DNA from: an uncultured Oscillospiraceae bacterium
GTDB taxonomy: Bacteria > Bacillota > Clostridia > Oscillospirales > Oscillospiraceae
NCBI GenBank assembly: GCA_934597255.1
Contig: CAKTQV010000005.1
Location: 55,712 to 119,711 of the forward strand
Direction: 5' to 3'
Length of the DNA stretch: 64,000 nt
The notes below the pieces were generated by a model. That model searched no databases. It had not been told where the DNA came from and worked only from the letters and a program-made list of their open reading frames with translations. Positions 1 to 8,954 of the stretch are shown here, in pieces (position 1 is the first letter of the stretch; the number at the start of each line of letters is the position of its first letter). A program made the translations under genes and the position numbers.

Positions 1-308
1 ATATCCGCAAAATTGCGCAGCAGCGCCGCGATGAGAAGAATGATGCAAAACGGCGCAAGCACGGCCGACAGCGTGGCCACGACGCCGCCGAGCACGCCCT
101 TTTCCTTGTAGCCGATGAACGTCGCCGTGTTCACCATGATGATGCCGGGCGTGCACTGGCCGACGGCGTAATAGTCCGCCAACTCCTCCTCTGTCGCCCA
201 GCCGCGCTTGTCAACGACCTCCCGCTGCAAGATCGGCAGCATGGCGTAGCCGCCGCCGAAGCTGAGAAGCCCGATGCGGAAAAAGCTTGAAAACAGCTGC
301 TTATACAT
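1..308 (-). CDS. chrA: Chromate transporter (ChrA family), N-terminal part only; gene continues past window start
   Basis: Reverse-strand translation from ATG at 308-306 gives MYKQLFSSFFRIGLLSFGGGYAMLPILQREVVDKRGW..., with the FGGGYAM motif typical of the ChrA family. GAGGGAG RBS lies 10 nt upstream. Not in the ORF track because it runs off the window. Confidence 0.6.
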   Translation of the reverse strand, partial: MYKQLFSSFFRIGLLSFGGGYAMLPILQREVVDKRGWATEEELADYYAVGQCTPGIIMVNTATFIGYKEKGVLGGVVATLSAVLAPFCIILLIAALLRNFAD

Positions 309-310
309 TA

Positions 311-1204
311 TTATTTATCTCCCTCGTCTCCGCCGCCGAACATCTTCTGCTTCCACCGCTCGCCCGTGGGCGTGGCGGCGCAGCCGCCCAGCGCCGTCTC
401 CCGCAGCTCCGCCGGCAGCTTCCGCCCCACGGCGTACAGCGCCGCGACCATCTCGTCAAAGGGGATGAAGCTGGCCATGCCGCTCAGCGCCATCTCGGCG
501 CAGATGACGGCGTTGACCGCGCCGAGCGCGTTGCGCGTCTGGCAGGGGCACTGCACCAGCCCCGCGACCGGGTCGCACACCAGCCCCAGCAGATTCGTCA
601 GCGCCACGGCCGCTGCATCGAACGACTGCTTCGGCGAGCCGCCGAACATCTCCGTGACCGCCGCGGCCGTCATGGCGGACGCCGCGCCCACCTCGGCCTG
701 ACAGCCCGCCTCCGCGCCGGACACGGAGCCGTTGCGCATGAAAATGCAGCCGACGGCGCCGGCGCAGAACAGCGCGGCCTCCACCGCCGCATCGTCCAGC
801 GCAAATTCCTCCTGCAGGGCGAAAACCGTTCCCGGCAGAACGCCCGCCGAGCCTGCCGTCGGGGCCGCCACGATCAGGCCCATCGAGGCGTTCTGCTCCA
901 AAACCGCCATCGACCGCGACACGATCTTGGAAAAGCAGCCGCCCAGAATGGAGTTTCCGCGGAGAAAATGCTCCCGCAGCAGGCCGCCCTCCCCGCCGAT
1001 CATGCCGCCGGCAAGCCGCCGCGGGCCGTCCATCGGCTCGGTGTAGCTCTGGCGCATGATGTCCATGGACGCACGCATCCGCGCCGAGACCTCCGCCTCC
1101 GTCACGCCCTCGTTTTCCGCCTCGATCCGCCGCGCCAGCGCCGAGATCGGCGCGTTCTGCTCCCGGCACAGCGCCAGCAGCGCCGCTCCGCTCGTGATCT
1201 CCAT
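311..1204 (-). CDS. sdaAA: L-serine dehydratase, iron-sulfur-dependent, alpha subunit
   Basis: 297-aa ORF with LGLVCDPVAGLVQCPC and GSAGVLPG motifs typical of the SdaA alpha chain. GAGGAGG RBS 5 nt before ATG. Sits immediately downstream of the beta subunit. Confidence 0.85.
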   Translation of the reverse strand: MEITSGAALLALCREQNAPISALARRIEAENEGVTEAEVSARMRASMDIMRQSYTEPMDGPRRLAGGMIGGEGGLLREHFLRGNSILGGCFSKIVSRSMAVLEQNASMGLIVAAPTAGSAGVLPGTVFALQEEFALDDAAVEAALFCAGAVGCIFMRNGSVSGAEAGCQAEVGAASAMTAAAVTEMFGGSPKQSFDAAAVALTNLLGLVCDPVAGLVQCPCQTRNALGAVNAVICAEMALSGMASFIPFDEMVAALYAVGRKLPAELRETALGGCAATPTGERWKQKMFGGGDEGDK

Positions 1205-1214
1205 AACGGCCTCC

Positions 1215-1880
1215 TCAAACCTGCAGAAGCAGGGTGTTCGTGATCATTTCTCCCTCGCGCATATCCGCCAGCACATCCTCGTCAATGCGGCCGTCGGACT
1301 CGATCACGGCGTAGGCGCGGCCGCCGCGGCTTTCGCGGTAGCAGCGCAGCGAGGCGATGTTCAGATCGTATTCCTCCAGAACGCCGGTCATGAAATGCAG
1401 CGCGCCCGGCTCGTCCCGGTGCGCCACGATGAGCGTCGGAAACTCGCCCGTGAACGCAACGTCCACGCCGTCGAGCCGCCGGATGCATATCTTGCCGCCG
1501 CCGACGCTTTCGCCGCGGACGGACAGCGATCCCCGCTCGTCCGAAAACACCAGATCGGCCGTGTTCGGATGCTCCGTGGGCGTGTCCCGGTCAAAGACGA
1601 TGCGGTAGCGTATCCCCCGCTCGTCGGCGATGGAACGGCTGTCGCGGATGCGCTCGTCCCACGGCTCCATGCCCATGGCGCCGCCGAGCAGCGCCAGATC
1701 CGTCCCGTGGCCGCGGCCGGTCTGGGCGAACGAGCCGTACAGTGTGATGTCCAGCTCCTTCGGGTCGCGCCCGAACAGGCGGCGGCCCGTCAGCGCGATG
1801 GAGCACGCGCCGGCCGTGTGGGAGCTGGACGGGCCGACCATCCACGGCCCGATGGCTTCAAACAATCCGATCCTGGACAT
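1215..1880 (-). CDS. sdaAB: L-serine dehydratase, iron-sulfur-dependent, beta subunit
   Basis: ORF 1215..1946 trimmed to the internal Met that begins MSRIGLFEAIGPWMVGPSSSHTAGA (beta-chain signature GPSSSHT). Contains a C-terminal ACT-like region. Confidence 0.8.
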   Translation of the reverse strand: MSRIGLFEAIGPWMVGPSSSHTAGACSIALTGRRLFGRDPKELDITLYGSFAQTGRGHGTDLALLGGAMGMEPWDERIRDSRSIADERGIRYRIVFDRDTPTEHPNTADLVFSDERGSLSVRGESVGGGKICIRRLDGVDVAFTGEFPTLIVAHRDEPGALHFMTGVLEEYDLNIASLRCYRESRGGRAYAVIESDGRIDEDVLADMREGEMITNTLLLQV

Positions 1881-1948
1881 ACGCGGCACCTGCCTTTTCC
1901 TGTTTTCTTCCGTTTGTATTATACCATCGTTTCCGGCGCTTATCAATC

Positions 1949-1977
1949 TTGCGCGCGGCGGCCGCGGCGCGTATAAT
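1949..1977 (+). promoter_or_regulatory. Sigma-A promoter: -35 TTGCGC, 17-bp spacer, -10 TATAAT. Predicted TSS coincides with the ATG of the rluA-family gene (leaderless).
   Basis: Read directly. TTGCGC at 1949-1954 and TATAAT at 1972-1977. The start codon at 1985 is only 7 nt downstream of the -10, with no RBS. Confidence 0.5.
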
Positions 1978-1984
1978 AGAGCCC

Positions 1985-2638
1985 ATGGATATCATCTATC
2001 AGGACAAGCGCATACTGGTCGCCGTCAAGCCCGCGGGCGTGCTTTCCACGGACGAGCCCGGCGGGATGCCCTCCCTTGTGCGGCAGGCGCTGGGCGATGA
2101 GCGCGCCTGCATCCGCACCGTCCACCGGCTGGACGCCGCCGTGGGCGGTCTGATGGTCTTCGCCCGCAGCGCGCGCGCCGCCGCCCTTTTGTCCGAGCAG
2201 ATGCGCGCTGGCGCGTTTCACAAGGAATATCTCGCCGTGGTGCATGGCCGGCCGGAGCCGGACAGCGCCGAGCTGCGGGATCTTCTGCGCTACGACGGGG
2301 CGAGGCGGATGAGCCGCGTCGTGCCCGCGCCCGAAAAGGGCGCGCAGGAGGCCGTGCTCGACTATGCGCTCGCCGCGGAGGCGGACGGGCTTTCGCTGGT
2401 ACGCGTGCGCCTTCACACGGGCCGCACCCACCAGATCCGCGTGCAGTTTTCCTCGCGGGGCTGGCCGCTCGCCGGCGACCGGAAATACGGCCGCTTTCCC
2501 GACCGCTTCCCCATCGCCCTGTGGTCGCGCCGGCTGGCCTTCACGCACCCCGAAAGCGGCGCGGCGATGGACTTTTCGGCGCCGCCGCCGGACGCGCCGC
2601 CATGGACGCTTTTTTCCGGGGCGCCGCAGACGCTTTGA
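1985..2638 (+). CDS. RluA-family pseudouridine synthase
   Basis: Begins MDIIYQDKRILVAVKPAGVLS, the typical RluA N-terminus. Contains HRLDAAVGGLMVFARS (catalytic Asp motif) and HTGRTHQIRVQF. The longer ORF start at 1949 (TTG) is rejected. Confidence 0.85.
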   Translation: MDIIYQDKRILVAVKPAGVLSTDEPGGMPSLVRQALGDERACIRTVHRLDAAVGGLMVFARSARAAALLSEQMRAGAFHKEYLAVVHGRPEPDSAELRDLLRYDGARRMSRVVPAPEKGAQEAVLDYALAAEADGLSLVRVRLHTGRTHQIRVQFSSRGWPLAGDRKYGRFPDRFPIALWSRRLAFTHPESGAAMDFSAPPPDAPPWTLFSGAPQTL

Positions 2639-2699
2639 CCGCCTGTATAAAAAACCGCAGCCGCGTTTTGCGGCTGCGGTTCATGCTTTATAAAGGGTC

Positions 2700-4022
2700 T
2701 TATTTGTCCGCGTTCTTTTTCTTCCCGCCGCCGAGCAGGACGTTCGTGAGGATGCCGAGGATGAGGGCGCAGGCGATGGACGTGATCGTGACCTTTCCGA
2801 AGGACACGGTCAGCCCGCCGATGCCGGCGATGAGGATGACGCACACGACGAAGAGATTGCGGTTGTCGTTGAGATCGACATTCTGGACCATCTTCAGGCC
2901 GGACACCGCGATGAAGCCGTACAGCGAGATGCACATACCGCCCATGACGCAGTTGGGGATGCTGGCCAGGAAGGCGGCGAAGGGGCCGAAGAAGGAGATC
3001 AGCATGGCGAGGATGGCCGTGGCGAGGATCGTGACAACGGAGGCGTTGCCGCTGATGGCGACGCAGCCGACCGATTCGCCGTAGGTGGTGTTGGGGCAGC
3101 CGCCGAAGATGGCGCCCGCAATGGAGCCGACGCCGTCGCCGAGCAGGGTGCGGTGCAGACCGGGCTCGCGCAGCAGGTCGGTGCCGATGATGGAGGAGAG
3201 GTTCTTGTGGTCGGCGATGTGCTCGGCAAAGACCACGAAGGCGACCGGGACGTAAGCCACGGCGATGGTGGCGATGTAGCCGCCGTCCAGCTCGGCGAGG
3301 CCCTTGGCGGCCTCGGTGAAGGTAAAGGTGGGGACCCAGGGGATCGACTTGAATATCTCGAGGTTGATGATGAGCAGCGCGTCATTGCCGGTGGCGCGGC
3401 CGATGAGCGTGAACACCAGCGCCACGGCGTAGCCCGCAAGAACACCGATGATGAACGGGATCATCTGGAGCATTTTCTTTCCGTAGACCGAGCAGACCAT
3501 CGTCACGCCGAGGGTCACAAGACCGCAGAGGATGGCGAGATAGGAGCTGCCGCCGGCGGTGGCGGTCATCAGATCGCTCACGGCGTTGCCGGACAGGCTC
3601 AGGCCGATGATGGCGACCGTCGGCCCGATGACGACGGCGGGCATGAGCTTATCGACCCACTTGACGCCGCTGCACTTGACCGCGATGGCGATCACGACAT
3701 AGACGAGCCCCGCGAAGCCCGCGCCGATGATCAGTCCGGCATAGCCGGCCTGCGCGCTCACGGCGCCGGCAAAGGCCGTGGACATGGAGCCGAGGAAGGC
3801 GAAGGAGGAGCCGAGGAACACGGGGCTCCGGAAGCGGGTGAACAGAAGATACACAAGCGTTCCGACGCCCGCGCCGAACAGCGCGGCGGTCTGGCTCATG
3901 CCGTTTCCGATGATGGCGGGCACCGCGATGGTGGCGGCCATGATGGCCAGCAGCTGCTGAAGCGCGAAGACGATGGTCTGGCCGAATTTGGGCCGGTCCT
4001 TGATGCCGTAGACAAGATTCAT
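2700..4022 (-). CDS. pyrP: Uracil permease (NCS2 family)
   Basis: 440-aa polytopic membrane protein with NCS2 uracil/xanthine permease motifs. AAGGAGAGG RBS. Located directly downstream of pyrR, as in Firmicutes pyr operons. Confidence 0.85.
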   Translation of the reverse strand: MNLVYGIKDRPKFGQTIVFALQQLLAIMAATIAVPAIIGNGMSQTAALFGAGVGTLVYLLFTRFRSPVFLGSSFAFLGSMSTAFAGAVSAQAGYAGLIIGAGFAGLVYVVIAIAVKCSGVKWVDKLMPAVVIGPTVAIIGLSLSGNAVSDLMTATAGGSSYLAILCGLVTLGVTMVCSVYGKKMLQMIPFIIGVLAGYAVALVFTLIGRATGNDALLIINLEIFKSIPWVPTFTFTEAAKGLAELDGGYIATIAVAYVPVAFVVFAEHIADHKNLSSIIGTDLLREPGLHRTLLGDGVGSIAGAIFGGCPNTTYGESVGCVAISGNASVVTILATAILAMLISFFGPFAAFLASIPNCVMGGMCISLYGFIAVSGLKMVQNVDLNDNRNLFVVCVILIAGIGGLTVSFGKVTITSIACALILGILTNVLLGGGKKKNADK

Positions 4023-4225
4023 AGTGGTTCCTCTCCTTTGTCTCTCTTTCTTTATTTAGGCGGCGCCGCGCAGCGCGCCTGCGGCCTCTGCCGGATCCCC
4101 TCCGCCCGATCCCGCCGCCTTCTCCCGAAACGCACAAAGCGTTCCCGCGAAAAGGCGCCGTCCTCAAAGCGCAGGTCCTCCCGGCGCCGGCTCCCGCCGC
4201 ATCGTGCGGCGCCGCCTTATTTTAT

Positions 4226-4903
<678 letters not shown>

Positions 4904-5029
4904 TCAAGCCCGAATTTTTCTTTTTTCATCCGTCCCCGCGGCAGGCCAGCTTCCCGCGCCGCCCCCTTGCGTTTTCCGGGCCGGACGTTATAATGAATAC
5001 AGCCGAAATCCGCAAAGGAGCCCGTATGC

Positions 5030-6073
5030 ATGACCCTTCCGCCGACCCCGCTGCCGCCCATCGCGCAGCCGCTCATCCAATGGTATAAGGAAAACGCGCG
5101 GCCGCTGCCGTGGCGCGACCGGCCCACGCCCTACCGCGTGTGGGTCTCGGAGATCATGCTGCAGCAGACCCGCATCGAGGCCGCCCGCGGCTACTTCGAG
5201 CGCTTCATGGCCGCGCTGCCGGATCTGCCGTCGCTGGCGGCCGCCGACGAGGACACGGTCCTGAAGCTGTGGGAGGGGCTCGGCTATTATTCGCGCGCCC
5301 GCAATCTCCGCCGCGCGGCCAGGCTCGTCATGGACGAATACGGCGGCGAGCTGCCCGCCGACGCGGAAAAGCTGCGCGCGCTGCCGGGCGTCGGCGATTA
5401 CACCGCCGGCGCGATCGCCTCCATCGCCTTCGGGCTTCCCGAGCCGGCCGTGGACGGAAACGTGCTGCGCATCTGCACGCGGCTGTGCGCGTGCGGCACG
5501 AGCATCGGCGACGCAAAGCTGAAAAACGAATTCCGCGCCCGGCTGCGCGCGCAGTACGCGGACGACTGCGGCGCGTTCAGCTCCGGGCTCATGGAGCTGG
5601 GCGAGACGGTCTGTCTGCCGGGAACGCCCGACTGCGAGCGCTGCCCTATCGCGGCGCTGTGCGCGGCGCACGCGCGCGGGCAGGAAACGGACTACCCCGT
5701 CATGCCCGGAAAAAAGCCCCGGCGCATCGAGGAAAAAACCGTTCTCATCCTGCGCTGCGGAACGCGCACGGCCCTGTGCCGGCGGCCGGACCGGGGCCTG
5801 CTCGCAGGCCTGTGGGAGCTGCCGAACCGCCCGGGCCGGCTGGACGGGGACGCCGTTTTCCGCTGGTGCGCGCGGCAGGGTCTCGCGCCGGCGCGCGTCG
5901 TCCCCTGCGGCGAGGCGCTGCACATCTTTTCACACCTGGAGTGGCACATGACCGGCTATTTCGTCGCCTGCGGGCACGAAGCGCCGGACTTCGTCTGGAC
6001 GGACGACACGGACGCCTACGCCCTGCCGGCCGCCTTCCGCTTTTACCGCCGCCAGATCGGCAGAGAATTCTAG
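5030..6073 (+). CDS. mutY: A/G-specific adenine DNA glycosylase MutY
   Basis: HhH-GPD motif region (LPGVGDYTAGAIASIAFG). 4Fe-4S cluster loop CLPGTPDCERCPIAALC. C-terminal NUDIX-like domain. GGAG RBS 9 nt upstream. Confidence 0.9.
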   Translation: MTLPPTPLPPIAQPLIQWYKENARPLPWRDRPTPYRVWVSEIMLQQTRIEAARGYFERFMAALPDLPSLAAADEDTVLKLWEGLGYYSRARNLRRAARLVMDEYGGELPADAEKLRALPGVGDYTAGAIASIAFGLPEPAVDGNVLRICTRLCACGTSIGDAKLKNEFRARLRAQYADDCGAFSSGLMELGETVCLPGTPDCERCPIAALCAAHARGQETDYPVMPGKKPRRIEEKTVLILRCGTRTALCRRPDRGLLAGLWELPNRPGRLDGDAVFRWCARQGLAPARVVPCGEALHIFSHLEWHMTGYFVACGHEAPDFVWTDDTDAYALPAAFRFYRRQIGREF

Positions 6074-6097
6074 TATAGACAAAAAATTGACAATTTT

Positions 6098-6145
6098 CCG
6101 GCAGTCCGCTATTGTCGCGGCGCGGGATTTGTGGTATAAATACGG
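6098..6145 (+). promoter_or_regulatory. Promoter region for the abfD-like gene. Two overlapping candidates: TTGACA-17-TATTGT and TTGTCG-17-TGgTATAAA.
   Basis: Hexamers read directly from the sequence. AAGGGAGG RBS at 6161-6168. Confidence 0.4.
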
Positions 6146-6179
6146 AAGAAGGACAAAGTTAAGGGAGGATTTGATCGAT

Positions 6180-7625
6180 ATGATGACCGGCGAGGAGTAT
6201 ATCCAGAGCCTGAAAAAGCTCAACACGCGCATTTACGCTTTCGGAAAGAAGATCGAGGACGTGACGGAGGACCCCATCCTGCGTCCGAGCGTCAATTCCG
6301 TGAAAATGACCTACGATCTGGCGGCCATGCCGGAATACGAGGGGCTGATGACCACCACCAGCTCGCTGACCGGGAAAAAGATCAACCGCTTCTGCCACAT
6401 CCACCAGAGCGCCGAGGATCTGATGCTGAAGGTGAAGATGCAGCGCCTGTGCGGCCAGAAGACCGGCGCCTGCTTCCAGCGCTGCGTCGGGCTCGACGCG
6501 TTCAACGCCGTATACAACACGGCCTATGAGATCGACCAGGCCCACGGCACGCACTATTTTGAAAACTTCAAAAAGTATCTCGAATATGTTCAGGACGCCG
6601 ATCTGGTCGTGGACGGCGCCATGACCGACCCCAAGGGCGACCGCGGGCTGGCCCCCTCCGCGCAGGCGGACGCCGACCTGTTCCTGCACGTCGTCGAGCG
6701 GCGCAGCGACGGCATCGTCGTGCGCGGCGCCAAGGCGCACCAGACCGGCGCGTCGAACAGCCATGAGATACTCGTCATGCCCACGCAGGCGATGAAGGCC
6801 GAGGATAAGGACTACGCCGTGGCCTTTGCCGTTCCCATCGACGCCGAGGGCGTGTTCATGATCGTCGGCCGCCAGAGCTGCGACACCCGCAAGCTGGAGG
6901 ACGGCACGCTCGACCGCGGCAACCCCACCTTCGGCGGCATGGAAGCGCTGGTCGTGTTCGACAACGTGTTTGTCCCGAACGACCGCATCTTCATGGACGG
7001 CGAGTACGAATTCGCCACCATGCTCGTCGAGCGCTTCGCCAGCTATCACCGCCAGAGCTACGGCGGCTGCAAGGTCGGCGTGGGCGACGTCCTCATCGGC
7101 GCGGCCGCGACCGCCGCGGACTATAACGGCGTGCCCAAGGCCAGCCACGTCAAGGACAAGCTCATTGAGATGACCCATCTGAACGAAACGCTCTACTCCT
7201 GCGGCATCGCCTGCTCCGCCAACGGCTGGAAGACCGCGTCCGGCAACTACATGGTCGACACGCTTCTGGCCAACGTCTGCAAGCAGAACGTCACGCGCTT
7301 CCCCTACGAGATCGCGCGTCTGGCCGAGGACATTGCGGGCGGCGGCATGGTCACCTGCCCGTCGGAGACCGATCTGCGCGACCCGGAGCTTGGCCCCTAT
7401 GTGGACAAGTATCTGCGCGGCGTGGCGAACGTTCCCACGGAGGACCGCATCAAGATCTGGCGTCTGATCGAAAACCTCACGCTCGGCACGGCCGCCGTCG
7501 GCTACCGCACCGAGTCCATGCACGGCGCCGGCTCCCCGCAGGCGCAGCGCATCATGATCTCCCGCCAGGGCAACATCGCCGGCAAAAAGGCGCTGGCCAA
7601 GGACATCGTCGGCATCAAGGAATAA
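6180..7625 (+). CDS. 4-hydroxybutyryl-CoA dehydratase / vinylacetyl-CoA isomerase family protein (4-hydroxyphenylacetate-3-hydroxylase-like fold)
   Basis: 482-aa ORF trimmed to MMTGEEYIQSL (AAGGGAGG RBS 11 nt upstream). Family-level similarity to AbfD/HpaB-like flavoproteins, judged from overall pattern only. Confidence 0.6.
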   Translation: MMTGEEYIQSLKKLNTRIYAFGKKIEDVTEDPILRPSVNSVKMTYDLAAMPEYEGLMTTTSSLTGKKINRFCHIHQSAEDLMLKVKMQRLCGQKTGACFQRCVGLDAFNAVYNTAYEIDQAHGTHYFENFKKYLEYVQDADLVVDGAMTDPKGDRGLAPSAQADADLFLHVVERRSDGIVVRGAKAHQTGASNSHEILVMPTQAMKAEDKDYAVAFAVPIDAEGVFMIVGRQSCDTRKLEDGTLDRGNPTFGGMEALVVFDNVFVPNDRIFMDGEYEFATMLVERFASYHRQSYGGCKVGVGDVLIGAAATAADYNGVPKASHVKDKLIEMTHLNETLYSCGIACSANGWKTASGNYMVDTLLANVCKQNVTRFPYEIARLAEDIAGGGMVTCPSETDLRDPELGPYVDKYLRGVANVPTEDRIKIWRLIENLTLGTAAVGYRTESMHGAGSPQAQRIMISRQGNIAGKKALAKDIVGIKE

Positions 7626-7649
7626 CGCCGGTTTATAAAGCCATAAATG

Positions 7650-7685
7650 AACGCCCGGAGCGACTCCGGGCGTTCTGCTTATATT
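7650..7685 (+). terminator. Rho-independent terminator after the abfD-like gene
   Basis: Hairpin AACGCCCGGAG-CGAC-TCCGGGCGTT followed by a U-containing tail. Confidence 0.5.
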
Positions 7686-7886
7686 CCGCAAGCCTTCCGA
7701 AAACGCAGGCGCGCACAGGCCGGCCGTTCTTCCGAATCATGGCTGACAACTGTAAAAATCTATCTATAATAGATTTGGACGAAGCCCCTTTGAAAAGCGC
7801 CGGGTCCACAGGCTCTGTCAAGGGATGTGCCTCATTTTGTTCATTCCCTGTTCGCATAAAGTCTTTCTAGGAGGAATTTGGGTGAT

Positions 7887-8735
7887 ATGAGCAGCATACA
7901 GCCGAAATTCTGCCCCCATTGCGGGATGAAACTGGACGCGGAAGACGCTTTCTGCAGGAGGTGCGGAAACAAAATCGAAAAGGAATTAAAAGTCATCACG
8001 CCTCCGCTCGTACCAGAAAAAACGAGGATACCGGCACCGTCCGTACGGAAACGAACGGTTCGTCGGAAAAAGACAAGAGACCCAGTCGTCACCGGCTTTT
8101 ATATCGTTTTGGCACTTTTGTGCTGCGCGATCGTGATCACGTTGACCGTGACGAACATACAGGAAAGACGAGTTGCAACCGCACGCATCGTTGGCGACAG
8201 AATAAGCGTGGTCATGACGCCGCCCCCAACGCCAAGCCCCGTTCCTGCTCCGTGCAGTCATCAATGGCAGGAAGCGACGTGCATAACCGCAAAAACGTGC
8301 ATCCTGTGCGGAGAAAAAGAGGGAACGGCTCTTTGGCACCAGTATGGGAACGACAACCGATGTGTTGTTTGCGGAGCCTTGTACGAATCACCAACATCAA
8401 CAACAGCGCCCTATGAGGCGCAGGAAGAAACGGCTTCCCATTATGTAACGCTTGGAGAAAAAAACGCGCTTAGCAGCGCCTTGAGTTACTTAAAACATAT
8501 GGCCTTTTCCAAAGAAGGGCTGATCGAACAGCTTGAATATGAGGGATATTCTTATTCAGAAGCAAAATATGCCGCAGACAATTGCGGGGCCAACTGGAAG
8601 GAGCAGGCCGCCAAGTGCGCAGCCAACTATCTATCCCATATGCCCTTTTCCCGGCAGGGGCTGATCGAGCAGCTGGAATACGAAGGATTCACACACGAGC
8701 AGGCCGTATACGGCGTTACGCAGGCCGGATATTGA
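7887..8735 (+). CDS. Zinc-ribbon, TM-anchored protein with two C-terminal Ltp-like (host cell surface-exposed lipoprotein / superinfection-exclusion-type) repeats
   Basis: N-terminal CPHCG...CRRCG zinc ribbon, then a TM helix (FYIVLALLCCAIVITLTV). Two repeats SYLKHMAFSKEGLIEQLEYEGYSYSEAKYAADN and NYLSHMPFSRQGLIEQLEYEGFTHEQAVYGV match the Ltp domain pattern. AGGAGG RBS 12 nt before ATG 7887. Local GC is lower than the flanks. Confidence 0.65.
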   Translation: MSSIQPKFCPHCGMKLDAEDAFCRRCGNKIEKELKVITPPLVPEKTRIPAPSVRKRTVRRKKTRDPVVTGFYIVLALLCCAIVITLTVTNIQERRVATARIVGDRISVVMTPPPTPSPVPAPCSHQWQEATCITAKTCILCGEKEGTALWHQYGNDNRCVVCGALYESPTSTTAPYEAQEETASHYVTLGEKNALSSALSYLKHMAFSKEGLIEQLEYEGYSYSEAKYAADNCGANWKEQAAKCAANYLSHMPFSRQGLIEQLEYEGFTHEQAVYGVTQAGY

Positions 8736-8873
8736 ATGAGATGGGCGCCCGGAAACCGGTGAAGGCACGCAGATAAAGTTGCCGATTTATCTGCAAGCCG
8801 GCATTGAGACGGAGCAGTTTTTCCATACTTATACAGTCAACAAAAGCACACAATATCCAGCCCCGCCGCGGCC

Positions 8874-8914
8874 GGACACAAAAACTCTCCGTATGGCGTC
8901 GCCGCCATACGGAG
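8874..8914 (-). terminator. Rho-independent terminator downstream of the SNF transporter gene
   Basis: Perfect 12-bp inverted repeat CTCCGTATGGCG/CGCCATACGGAG with a 4-nt loop, followed on the minus strand by UUUUUG. Confidence 0.6.
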
Positions 8915-8954
8915 ATCGGTCATTTTTGGGGATGTATGTACGCGTATGCGCGCT

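Noticed and set aside
287-1243. 318-aa + strand ORF and other Arg/Ala/Pro-rich ORFs antisense to sdaAA/sdaAB
   Set aside because: Opposite strand of a well-supported gene in about 68% GC DNA. Low-complexity R/A/P/G composition is typical of GC-driven spurious ORFs.
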